Origin: Candidatus Curtissbacteria bacterium RIFCSPLOWO2_02_41_11
GTDB lineage: Bacteria; Patescibacteriota; Microgenomatia; Curtissbacterales; GWA2-41-24
Assembly (NCBI GenBank): GCA_001775055.1
Contig: MFBU01000009.1
Span: 382 to 64,381, forward strand
Length of the DNA stretch: 64,000 nt
Direction of reading: 5' to 3'
Part shown: positions 1 to 8,222 of the stretch, in pieces
How positions within the stretch are numbered: position 1 is the first letter of the stretch
Layout: each line of letters starts with the position of its first letter
The notes under the pieces: generated by a model
Database searches by the model: none
The model's input: the letters and a program-made list of their open reading frames with translations, nothing else
Told to the model about the DNA's origin: nothing
Program-made: the position numbers and the translations under genes

Positions 1-50
1 GAATCTTTCAGTCATATAGACTAAACTTACACAAGCTAACATTATTTTGC

Positions 51-93
51 TTGACTTTGTGCCGACTTTTGCCTGACAAAAAGCTGACAAAGT
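51..93. promoter_or_regulatory. Four 11-bp-period direct repeats (Pho-box/OmpR-like) upstream of the wHTH gene
   Basis: YGAC cores with GAC at 53, 64, 75 and 86 (exact 11-bp spacing). The minus strand reads ...TGTCAGCTTTTTGTCA..., similar to a Pho box. Confidence 0.55.
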
Positions 94-120
94 GCCTTTC
101 GCTTGTTATGATTAAAGATC

Positions 121-1437
121 GTGGACAGCCCGATTATCGAGGTTAAATATCCAATTAAGTTTAGAGAGGCAGATGCCAAAGTTTTGGGAGAGCACATACG
201 CTTGCGGCATAATGTTGATCTTGTTGGCGTTAAAAGGGTAGGTATCGGCGATTTTTTGAATTTCTTCCTTTATCATAAAGATATTGTTAAAAAATATATC
301 GAAAAGGACCAAAAGCATTTATTGATCCCGATTGATCTTAATGATTTGGTCGAAATCGAACTTTTTGCCTTCTGGATTTTAACCTTAAAACGAGTCGTTG
401 ATTTTCTTGAAAAAGTTGCTATTGATCAAAAAATCAAAAAACACGCCAACACGCTTTTTTTATCAGCGATTCAATCGCAAGATCTCTTTTTAACTATCGA
501 GAGCTTAAGAGAAGTTTTGAGTCAAATTGTTAAAATTGGGTTTTTCCCGACAATTTTCTTTCTTCGCTTTGACCGCATCAGCAATTTAGCAACGGCCGAT
601 TTTTTTGCAAACTTACAGGGACTGCGGGAGTCAACAGGCCAAAAGCTTTGTTTTATTTTTACCAGTTTTCGCTCAATTTCCCGGTTGTCACCGCAAGCTT
701 TCGAGGAAAAATTGCTGTCCCTTTTTTCGCATGTGATGTATCTTAAGCCGGCAAACGAAAAAGATTCCAAAATTATACTGCGCCAAATTAGCAAGAAATA
801 CCGAATCAGAACTAGCGGCAAGACAGCTCGAAGCTTAATTAAAATTTCCGGCGGCCATGCCCAATATCTTTATTTATCTTTGATAATTTTTAATCAACTT
901 AGCCGTGAAATGAAGGTTACTGTTGATAATATCTTGAGTTTGATTCTAGAGGATGAGCGTATTTCTTTGCAATCCGAGGAAATTTGGGAAAGTCTTACAG
1001 ATGTTGAGGAAAAAATAATTGCTGATGTTGCTGGCGGCAAGAAAATCACGTCTAATGATAGGAAAGAAGCCAAGTATCTTTGGGAAACGGGATTGGTTGT
1101 AGACCAAGGAGGACTTTCTGTTTTTAGTCCCTTGTTGGCATCTTATATGCGCGAAAATGGACGAGAGAAGCAAGAGGAGAGCGTGGAGTTGACCAGAAAG
1201 GAAAACCTTTTGTTTTCGCTACTTTTTGAAAATCTTGGCAATCTTTGTGAACGGGAGAAAATTGTCGAGGTGGTTTGGGGGGAATATGAGGATTTGGGTG
1301 TTTCCGATTGGACCATTGATAGATTAGTGGCTAGACTGCGCAATAAACTGAATGATCAGAAGAGCCAATTTGAATTGCTAACAGTCAAAACCCGAGGTTT
1401 TAAATTGGTGAAGGCAAAGTATCAGCAAGAAGGTTGA
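121..1437 (+). CDS. AAA-like NTPase domain fused to a C-terminal OmpR/PhoB-type winged-helix DNA-binding domain
   Basis: Degenerate P-loop (LVGVKRVGIG). C-terminus ELTRKE...REKIVEVVWG...TIDRLVARLRNKL...TVKTRGFKL matches trans_reg_C. Confidence 0.75.
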   Translation: MDSPIIEVKYPIKFREADAKVLGEHIRLRHNVDLVGVKRVGIGDFLNFFLYHKDIVKKYIEKDQKHLLIPIDLNDLVEIELFAFWILTLKRVVDFLEKVAIDQKIKKHANTLFLSAIQSQDLFLTIESLREVLSQIVKIGFFPTIFFLRFDRISNLATADFFANLQGLRESTGQKLCFIFTSFRSISRLSPQAFEEKLLSLFSHVMYLKPANEKDSKIILRQISKKYRIRTSGKTARSLIKISGGHAQYLYLSLIIFNQLSREMKVTVDNILSLILEDERISLQSEEIWESLTDVEEKIIADVAGGKKITSNDRKEAKYLWETGLVVDQGGLSVFSPLLASYMRENGREKQEESVELTRKENLLFSLLFENLGNLCEREKIVEVVWGEYEDLGVSDWTIDRLVARLRNKLNDQKSQFELLTVKTRGFKLVKAKYQQEG

Positions 1438-1454
1438 TCTGTTAAAATATCCTC

Positions 1455-2069
1455 ATGGTAAAGCAAGATCACAAAATCCAGATTATTGACCCCAAAACTA
1501 CTTATATTGATGAACAAGCTAAGGTCGGTGAAGGCACGACGATTTATCCCAACACGACCATTTTGGGAAAAACCACAATTGGCAAAAACTGTGAAATTGG
1601 GCCAAATTCAATTATTCAAGATAGCGTTATTGGTGATGATTGTGTCATTTTCTTTTCGGTAGTTAAAGGGTCCCAGATTGCGGATGATGTTGACATCGGC
1701 CCATTTTCGCATTTGCGCGGTGATGTCAAAATCGGTAAAGGTGTGCATATCGGTAATTATGTGGAAATGGTCAGGTCGACAGTCGGTTCTCAAAGTAAAA
1801 TCGGCCATCAAGCCTATTTGGGCGATACAACGGTGGGAGAACGCGTCAATATTGGCTCCGGTACTTTAACTGCCAATTTTGACGGAGTTAGCAAGCATCA
1901 AACAATTATTGAAGACGAGGTTTTTATCGGTGCTAATACGGTTTTGGTGGCACCGGTTAAAGTAGGCAAGGGTGCTAAAACCGGAGCAGGAGCAGTAGTT
2001 AAACAGGATGTACCAGAAAAAACTTTAGTTGCGGGAGTGCCGGCAGAGGTTAAGAAAAAGCTATCTTAA
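1455..2069 (+). CDS. glmU: Stand-alone GlmU C-terminal (glucosamine-1-phosphate N-acetyltransferase) hexapeptide-repeat protein
   Basis: IIDPKTTYID, IGPFSHLR, GNYVE, H..YLGD, NIGSGT.TANFDG..KH motifs. No uridyltransferase domain. Confidence 0.8.
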   Translation: MVKQDHKIQIIDPKTTYIDEQAKVGEGTTIYPNTTILGKTTIGKNCEIGPNSIIQDSVIGDDCVIFFSVVKGSQIADDVDIGPFSHLRGDVKIGKGVHIGNYVEMVRSTVGSQSKIGHQAYLGDTTVGERVNIGSGTLTANFDGVSKHQTIIEDEVFIGANTVLVAPVKVGKGAKTGAGAVVKQDVPEKTLVAGVPAEVKKKLS

Positions 2070-2076
2070 ATTACTC

Positions 2077-3312
2077 ATGAAGCTTTACGAATTTGAAGGG
2101 CATCGAATTTTGGCAAAAGCCGGGATCGAGAGTCCCTTTTTTATTGTTTGTTCAAGTATTGACGAGGTCAAGCAGGCCAGAAAAAGGCTTAAATTTCCGA
2201 TTGTTGCCAAGGTTCAAGTCCTCACCGGTCGTCGGGGCAAAGCAGGTGGAGTCAAATTTTTTACAAAAGAAAAACAGCTGTTAACATTTGCCAAAGAACA
2301 TTTCGGCCAGGATTTTATGGGCGAAAAGGTGCGTTTTGTTAGTCTTTCCCAAAAAGTTGAAATTAAAAAGGAATATTACATGTCTATTACTTACGATACC
2401 GTCAAAAAACTGCCATTTCTAATTTTTTCTTTTCAGGGCGGGATAGATATTGAAGAAATCAAAAAAAAAGATCCCAGCTTAATAAAAACTTTTGATATCG
2501 ATCCAATTTCCGGCCCAAAAGACAAGGATTTAGCCAAATTCTTTGAGCAGGATAAAACAGTTCTTGCAGATTTTGCCCTACGACTTTGGGATGCTTTTAG
2601 TCGCTATGACTTGCGCCTGATTGAGGTTAACCCGATTGGTTTAACAGCTGATGGTTACCTTATGGCAATCGATGCCAAAATAATTCTTGACGACGCGGGG
2701 CTTTTGCGCCATCGGGATTTGGACATTTTGCCAAAAGGAGCGATTTCGGCAATTCCCACGGATCGTGAGATACTGGCCAAAAAGATTGACGAGGATGACT
2801 ACCGCGGGTCGGCCGGCTCAACTTTTATCGAATTTGACGGGGATGTTGTTGTCTTGGCGTCTGGTGGAGGCGCCTCGCTTTTGGTGATGGATTCGGTGAT
2901 TGATGCTGGTGGACGGCCTGCCAATTACACCGAATACTCGGGTAATCCGCCGGCTGAAAAAGTTCAGAAGTTAACTAAGATTGCTTTGGATCGTGAGGGT
3001 TTATCTGGTTGTTTGGTAGCTGGGGCGGTAGCCAACTTTACTGATATTTATGAGACATTGAGAGGTTTTATTGAGGGATTGCGCCAAGTGCGTCCAAAGC
3101 CAACTTACCCGATTGTGATCAGGCGCGGAGGGCCAAGACAGGAAGAGGCTTATGAGATGATCAAAAAAGTTGCCAGGCGTGAGGGTTTTGATATTCATCT
3201 TTTTGGACCGGAAACGCCGATTTCGGTGGCTTGCCAAAAGATGGTGGAGTTAGCAAACGATTATAAAATTCGGAACCCGAAGCACGAAAGCCGAATCGAT
3301 TCGTATCATTAG
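2077..3312 (+). CDS. aclB: ATP-citrate lyase / citryl-CoA synthetase beta-type subunit (ATP-grasp + citrate-binding domain)
   Basis: Probable start at ATG 2077 (MKLYEFEG). GRRGKAGGV motif, plus ACL-type motifs NYTEYSGNP, GAVANFT and IRRGGP. Confidence 0.8.
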   Translation: MKLYEFEGHRILAKAGIESPFFIVCSSIDEVKQARKRLKFPIVAKVQVLTGRRGKAGGVKFFTKEKQLLTFAKEHFGQDFMGEKVRFVSLSQKVEIKKEYYMSITYDTVKKLPFLIFSFQGGIDIEEIKKKDPSLIKTFDIDPISGPKDKDLAKFFEQDKTVLADFALRLWDAFSRYDLRLIEVNPIGLTADGYLMAIDAKIILDDAGLLRHRDLDILPKGAISAIPTDREILAKKIDEDDYRGSAGSTFIEFDGDVVVLASGGGASLLVMDSVIDAGGRPANYTEYSGNPPAEKVQKLTKIALDREGLSGCLVAGAVANFTDIYETLRGFIEGLRQVRPKPTYPIVIRRGGPRQEEAYEMIKKVARREGFDIHLFGPETPISVACQKMVELANDYKIRNPKHESRIDSYH

Positions 3313-3370
3313 TATCCATTAGTATATTGGTATCGATGCTAATATACGAATTCATACTAATTATACAAAT
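3266..3370. repeat. 5x7-nt array in the last codons of aclB, followed by an 8/9-nt-unit inverted-repeat hairpin
   Basis: aaattcg gaacccg aagcacg aaagccg aatcgat (3266-3300). Then ATTAGTAT(C)-type units are mirrored by (G)ATACTAAT-type units about ~3334. Confidence 0.7.
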
Positions 3371-3378
3371 ATAAGTAT

Positions 3379-4272
3379 ATGGCTATTTTGGTTGATAGAG
3401 AAACTAGAGTTTTAATTCAGGGAATTACCGGCCGCTCCGGAGTTCAGGTTACTTCCGAGCTGTTGGATTACGGCACGAAAGTAGTCGCTGGGGTGACGCC
3501 TGGCAAGGGTGGGCAAGAGATAGATACGGTGCCGGTTTTTAATTCGGTTAGTGAGGCGATTAAAACTGTCGGTGAGGTTGATGTGGCGATGGTTTATGTA
3601 CCGCCTCTTTCGGCACACGCAGCGGCGATGGAGGCGATTGAGGCTAAAATTGCGCTGGTCCATATTTTTGTAGAAAAAATGCCGGTTTTCGATGTTTGTC
3701 AAGTTTTATCACTGGCTGTCAAAAATCAGGTTCGGGTTTTGGGGCCGGCCTCGGTTGGTGCAATTTCACCGGGAGAAGGTAAAATCGGCTCGATAGGCGG
3801 GCCGGCTCCAGATAACGTTTTTAGTAAAGGTCCTATTGGCGTTATTTCCAGATCTGGTGGTATGTGTTCAGAATTGGGACTTCTAATTACCAATTCTGGA
3901 TTTGGTCAGTCGACGGTGGTGGGTATTGGCGGCGATTTGATTGTTGGGACAACCTTTTCTGATTTATTGATCGAGTTCGAGCAAGATCGAGATACAAAAG
4001 CAGTTGTCGCTTTTGGGGAAGTCGGGGGCTCAAGCGAAATTGAAGTGGCAAGGTTAATCGAGGAAGGGAAATTTACTAAACCATTTATCATTTTTCTGGC
4101 TGGCAAATTTGCCGAAAAATTACCGCGCGATACCAGTCTTGGCCATGCCGGGGCAATCGTGGGGATGGAGTCAACAATGGCTCAAAAAATTAAGGCATTA
4201 AGAGATGCTGGTGCAATTGTTGCCGAGAATTTTGAGGAAATACCAGATTTAATTAAAAAGGCAGTCGGGTAG
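3379..4272 (+). CDS. Succinyl-CoA-synthetase-alpha-like CoA-binding subunit (ACL / citryl-CoA synthetase small subunit)
   Basis: QGITG, VAGVTPGKGG, SRSGG, GIGGD, GEVGG and phospho-His motif LGHAGA. Confidence 0.85.
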   Translation: MAILVDRETRVLIQGITGRSGVQVTSELLDYGTKVVAGVTPGKGGQEIDTVPVFNSVSEAIKTVGEVDVAMVYVPPLSAHAAAMEAIEAKIALVHIFVEKMPVFDVCQVLSLAVKNQVRVLGPASVGAISPGEGKIGSIGGPAPDNVFSKGPIGVISRSGGMCSELGLLITNSGFGQSTVVGIGGDLIVGTTFSDLLIEFEQDRDTKAVVAFGEVGGSSEIEVARLIEEGKFTKPFIIFLAGKFAEKLPRDTSLGHAGAIVGMESTMAQKIKALRDAGAIVAENFEEIPDLIKKAVG

Positions 4273-4307
4273 GTAGGTTGGTAGGTAAGGAGGTAATTAG
4301 GTATACT
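4268..4307. repeat. 5x8-nt degenerate array (GGTNNNNA)
   Basis: GGT at 4268, 4276, 4284, 4292 and 4300. Confidence 0.55.
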
Positions 4308-4318
4308 TAAGTTGGAAT

Positions 4319-5056
4319 ATGTCTAAGCAATATAGAACTGCAATTACTACTCATATTGACGGTAAACCCCATGTTTACGGTTATGATTTAAACAAACTTG
4401 CCGGAAATAGCTCTTTTGCCCGTACTATCTACCTTATTTTGAAAGGGGAGATGCCGGACAAAAATTCCGAGAAGATGTTAGACGCGATGCTTTCAATTGC
4501 TATTGATCACGGAGTCGAGCCGGCGTCGGTGGTTGCTGCCCGCAATGTTTATTCGGGTGGCAGTCCTCTGCAGGCGGCGGTAGCAGCAGGGGTCTTGGCA
4601 TTTGGTGAATATCATGGTGGGGCGATCGAGATGGCTATGGAGAACTTTAAGAAGTATCAGCCTTTTGGAGTCAAAAAATTGGTTGAGGATTTTGCCAAAA
4701 CGGGCGTTCGAGTTTCTGGATTTGGTCACCGTCTTTATACTGTTGATCCCAGGACTCAAAGACTTTTAGAACTCGCCAAAGAGTTCGGTTTTTGGGGTAA
4801 ATATGTTAGGTTCGCAGTGGATTTGGAAAGTGAATTATCCAAAGGGGTAAAACTCTTACCTCTTAATATTGACGGCGTTTTTGCAGCACTACTTTTGGAG
4901 ATGGGTTTTAATCCCAAAGTCGGCAAAGGCGTTTTTATTATCGCCAGAACACCTGGTCTGGTGGCCCATGTAGTTGAGGAGGCATTAAGAGAGAAGCCGG
5001 TGAGAAGACTAAATGAAAAAGATATTGAGTATGATGGACCAAGACCGAGAAAATAA
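4319..5056 (+). CDS. ccl: Citryl-CoA lyase (citrate-synthase-like fold)
   Basis: RTAIT, IDHG, HGGAIE, GFGHR, DPR, LNIDG and IARTPGLVAHVVEE motifs. Confidence 0.85.
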   Translation: MSKQYRTAITTHIDGKPHVYGYDLNKLAGNSSFARTIYLILKGEMPDKNSEKMLDAMLSIAIDHGVEPASVVAARNVYSGGSPLQAAVAAGVLAFGEYHGGAIEMAMENFKKYQPFGVKKLVEDFAKTGVRVSGFGHRLYTVDPRTQRLLELAKEFGFWGKYVRFAVDLESELSKGVKLLPLNIDGVFAALLLEMGFNPKVGKGVFIIARTPGLVAHVVEEALREKPVRRLNEKDIEYDGPRPRK

Positions 5057-5200
5057 AAATTCGAAATCCGAAGCACGAAATCCTAAACAAATTCAAATGA
5101 TCTAAATTCAAAAGTACAAATTAAATAGTATGAAATTTTGTATTTTGAGAATTTGGATTTTAAAAATTGTTTCGAGTTTCGAAATTAGAATTTCGGATTT
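5057..5200. repeat. Long imperfect hairpin with 7-nt-unit arms filling the ccl-ruvC spacer
   Basis: Left arm aaattcg aaatccg aagcacg aaatcct aaacaaa; right arm ttgttt cgagttt cgaaatt agaattt cggattt. Confidence 0.8.
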
Positions 5201-5206
5201 ACAAAT

Positions 5207-5710
5207 ATGGTAATATTTGGAGTTGATCCCGGTACAGCTACTACTGGTTATGGGATTATAAAAAGTCAGAAATCAATGTCGAAGCCGGCAGCTGAACTGA
5301 TCGATTATGGGTGTATAGTTACCCCAAAGGAGAAGGAAATGCCTCTGAGGCTATATATTATCCAAAAAGCGCTTAAAAGTCTTTTGAGACAATATAAACC
5401 TGATTGTGTTATTGTCGAACAATTGTTCTTCGGAATTAATTCCAAAACAGCAATGACAGTAGGGCAGGCTAAAGGGGTAGTTCTTTCGACTGCCGCAGGC
5501 TATAGGCTACCAGTGATTGAATATCAGGGACTTCATGTAAAACATACTTTAACCGGCAGTGGACGGGCTGACAAAAAACAAGTCCAAAAATCGGTGATGA
5601 AGTTTTTGGGGAAGCGAAAATTGAAAAAGCCTGCCAATGGATATTTAGATGATGCTGCCGATGCGCTGGCGGTGGCGATCTGTCATGCGATTAAGGTCGC
5701 TAAAGGCTAA
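5207..5710 (+). CDS. ruvc: Holliday junction resolvase RuvC
   Basis: GVDPGTATTGYG, VEQLFF, G.A.KKQV and DDAADALAVAICH motifs. Confidence 0.97.
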   Translation: MVIFGVDPGTATTGYGIIKSQKSMSKPAAELIDYGCIVTPKEKEMPLRLYIIQKALKSLLRQYKPDCVIVEQLFFGINSKTAMTVGQAKGVVLSTAAGYRLPVIEYQGLHVKHTLTGSGRADKKQVQKSVMKFLGKRKLKKPANGYLDDAADALAVAICHAIKVAKG

Positions 5711-5772
5711 AAGACTAACGACTAACGCCTTAAAATCCAAGCATTAGTCGTTTAGCATTAGACATTAGTCGA
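5710..5772. repeat. Heptamer inverted-repeat element (GACTAAC / CATTAGT family)
   Basis: aaaagactaacgactaacgcc...aatccaagcattagtcgtttagcattagacattagtcg. Related copy at 36357-36433. Confidence 0.75.
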
Positions 5773-5789
5773 TAGGAGGAAGTGGGGAA

Positions 5790-6614
5790 GTGACTAACTT
5801 TGAGAATCTTCGCAAAACTTTCAAAAAAATAACTTCATACGAGATTACCAAAAGACAGAAGTTAATACTGATGTCCTTTTTTCTGACGGTTATTTTGTTG
5901 GCAACGCAAACAGTGGGCGAGGATATTAGATATCAGGTAATGGGCTTCATGGCGATTGCCACGGTTTTTTTGGCCGTTTTTTCTCTTTGGGGAGAACTTT
6001 CCGGTATCAAGTACTTTTTACTTTTGCTTTTACCGATCTATTTTGTGGCTGGAGCCTCCTTATTTTACTTTTTGCTGCCGGTTAGGTGGTTGACCAGGGT
6101 GCCATATGCATTTTTATTTGGGATTTCGGTCTATCTTTTGATGCTTACTTCCAATATTTATAATGTGGCGGCAATTAGAACTATTGCTTTGCTTCGCGCA
6201 GCGCATGCTGTTGGCCTTTTGTTTTCGCTGATTGCCACTTTTTTTCTTGCCAATGTTTTATTTTCTTTTCACTTGCCGTTTTATTTGCTAGTTGCTGGGA
6301 CAATTGCTATTGTCTTTCCGCTTTATCTGGTTGGATTATGGTCATATGAACTTGAGGAATTTATCTCCAAAAAAGTTTTTATTTACGCTGTTATTTTTAC
6401 CTTTGTTTCGGCGCAAGTTATACTTACTCTTTCTTTTTGGCCGATTGCGCCGATAAACGGGGCACTCGCTTTGGCAACTATTATGTATGTCTTGCTGGGG
6501 CTTTCCAGGTTGGATTTTGAGGAGAAATTAAAAAAAAGAGTAGTCTGGGAGCATGTGGCGGTTGCTTTGGTGGTTTTTGTGATTATTCTGATGACTACCA
6601 GATGGGGAGGGTGA
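5790..6614 (+). CDS. Multi-pass integral membrane protein, function unknown
   Basis: About 8 hydrophobic segments; 274-aa ORF. Confidence 0.75.
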   Translation: MTNFENLRKTFKKITSYEITKRQKLILMSFFLTVILLATQTVGEDIRYQVMGFMAIATVFLAVFSLWGELSGIKYFLLLLLPIYFVAGASLFYFLLPVRWLTRVPYAFLFGISVYLLMLTSNIYNVAAIRTIALLRAAHAVGLLFSLIATFFLANVLFSFHLPFYLLVAGTIAIVFPLYLVGLWSYELEEFISKKVFIYAVIFTFVSAQVILTLSFWPIAPINGALALATIMYVLLGLSRLDFEEKLKKRVVWEHVAVALVVFVIILMTTRWGG

Positions 6615-6615
6615 A

Positions 6616-6690
6616 CCAAGCTTCGCTTGGTAATTTTCAATTTCCAATTTTCAATTTCTAATTTCCAAAGTAATCCACGGTGTCAAGTTG
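6616..6690. repeat. Composite of a GCGAAGC mini-hairpin (6616-6630), a 5x AATTTYY array (6632-6666) and a RAYT-REP-like fragment (6672-6690)
   Basis: ccaagcttcgcttgg; aattttc aatttcc aattttc aatttct aatttcc; aatccacggtgtcaagttg resembles 44248-44267. Confidence 0.65.
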
Positions 6691-6733
6691 GTATCAACAT
6701 CAACCACGCGAGATGTGTAATCGGTTGTAGGCT

Positions 6734-7354
6734 TTAATTTTCTATTGGGGGTCGATGGACAAATCTTTCTAGCTTTCCTTTTAATGTCGATGGTTGTAGC
6801 AATTGATGGATGTTCCTCAAATCTATTACTTCTGAAGTGAGCTCATTTAACCATTGTCGATCAATAGTTATTCCTTGAATTTGTTGGGTAGATTCTGCTC
6901 CAAATAGAAGCGTTCTTCTGGCTGTTAATAACAATGATTCAGTAATTCGTGGGTTTTTGCAAGAGAAGAGTTGTCTAGCTATAATATGGATCAGCAAAGA
7001 ACTGACAGCACTTTTACATGTCCAGCGGACAAATTGTGACTTTCTTTCTGCTGGCCAATCTTTGCCTTCTTGGTTCAAGATGCTGTTTACAAAGTCACGG
7101 AGTTTCTCGTCAAACTTGACCTCCCCGTTTCTATAGTGCTCATACCCCAATTTTTCTTTGATTGGAGCGGGGGCGGGGAAAATACGTTGAAAGTCTTCGT
7201 CAATTTCTAAATCTTTTGTATAACCGTTGACTATTTTATAAACCGTATCGGAAAGTTTTCTGAACCTTTTGGATCCAAGAAAGGCTGACAAATTTTCGAA
7301 AGCAATTTCGCCGATGGCTCTTTCTTGTACCATTTTAGAAGCGGATTTTAGCAC
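6734..7354 (-). CDS. Hypothetical protein (start may be ATG 7333)
   Basis: 206-aa ORF; no motif recognised. Confidence 0.6.
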   Translation of the reverse strand: MLKSASKMVQERAIGEIAFENLSAFLGSKRFRKLSDTVYKIVNGYTKDLEIDEDFQRIFPAPAPIKEKLGYEHYRNGEVKFDEKLRDFVNSILNQEGKDWPAERKSQFVRWTCKSAVSSLLIHIIARQLFSCKNPRITESLLLTARRTLLFGAESTQQIQGITIDRQWLNELTSEVIDLRNIHQLLQPSTLKGKLERFVHRPPIEN

Positions 7355-8195
7355 ATAGGTTTGACTAAGTCAAGCCCTATAGTGTTAATTGGGGAAGAGA
7401 AGAATTTAACAAATTTCTAATTTCTAAATCCTAACTTCTAAAATTTTAGCTTCAATTTATAAAAAATTCCCGCAAAAAAAATATGATAGAGGAGGCGGAG
7501 TAGGGGGTATAGGTTTACACTGAGCGAAAGCGAAGTGATATAGTTTGATACATTTCGTGAAAACGAGAAGAAAAAAAGCGTGAAAAATTGATCAAGCTAT
7601 AGATTATCAACTATAAGGTTTTAATTACACGGCTAAAAGGATATAGTCAGGTATAAATCAGGTATAAATATAGAGGACTATGAGGCTCTTTATCCTCTAT
7701 AAGTTGTCCAATTTGGCAATTTTAGCAAGCGATGACCATGAATGCTAATGGCTAAAGTGCTGTTTTTGAGGGTTTTTGGGGAGGGGGTCTTTTAGGACAC
7801 AATTGACAATTGACATTTAACCTTTAACATTTTTTTCTACATCTTTTGCACCATTACTCCCCACAGAATAAGGGATAATGTTGCCGTCGCCTATGCGTCG
7901 CACAATGATACTTTTGCGACATAGATTGAGGCCGAGAGAGCAGGCGAAGCTCAATTTTGGTTTCTGGTTTCCAGTTTCAGGTTTCTAGTTATATTATTGT
8001 TGTTTCTTTATTTTTGACTTTTAACTTTTAATTTTTAACTTATCCAGTTTGTTCCATTTATCCCCTATTTGTTTTTATTTGCGTATTTTAGATTCTCTTT
8101 GCTCTTAAATTAATTAAAATAATGGTGGGAAATATCTAATTAATATAAAACGGCCGTTAAAAGGGCAATAATAGGCTTGGTGAACTTGAAAAAGC
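7355..8195. repeat. ~840-bp non-coding patchwork of heptamer arrays and small hairpins
   Basis: Arrays at 7411-7445, 7797-7830, 7955-7989 and 8011-8040; tandem-GA hairpin 7518-7537; 2x tcaggtataaa near 7648-7669. Confidence 0.65.
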
Positions 8196-8222
8196 TTGTT
8201 GGAAAGCCTAAAATTAAAACTT

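Noticed and set aside
2077-4272. Annotation as succinyl-CoA synthetase sucCD
   Set aside because: ACL-specific citrate-binding motifs and the adjacent citryl-CoA lyase argue otherwise.
7355-8195. Replication origin
   Set aside because: No clear TTATCCACA boxes seen and no dnaA nearby.
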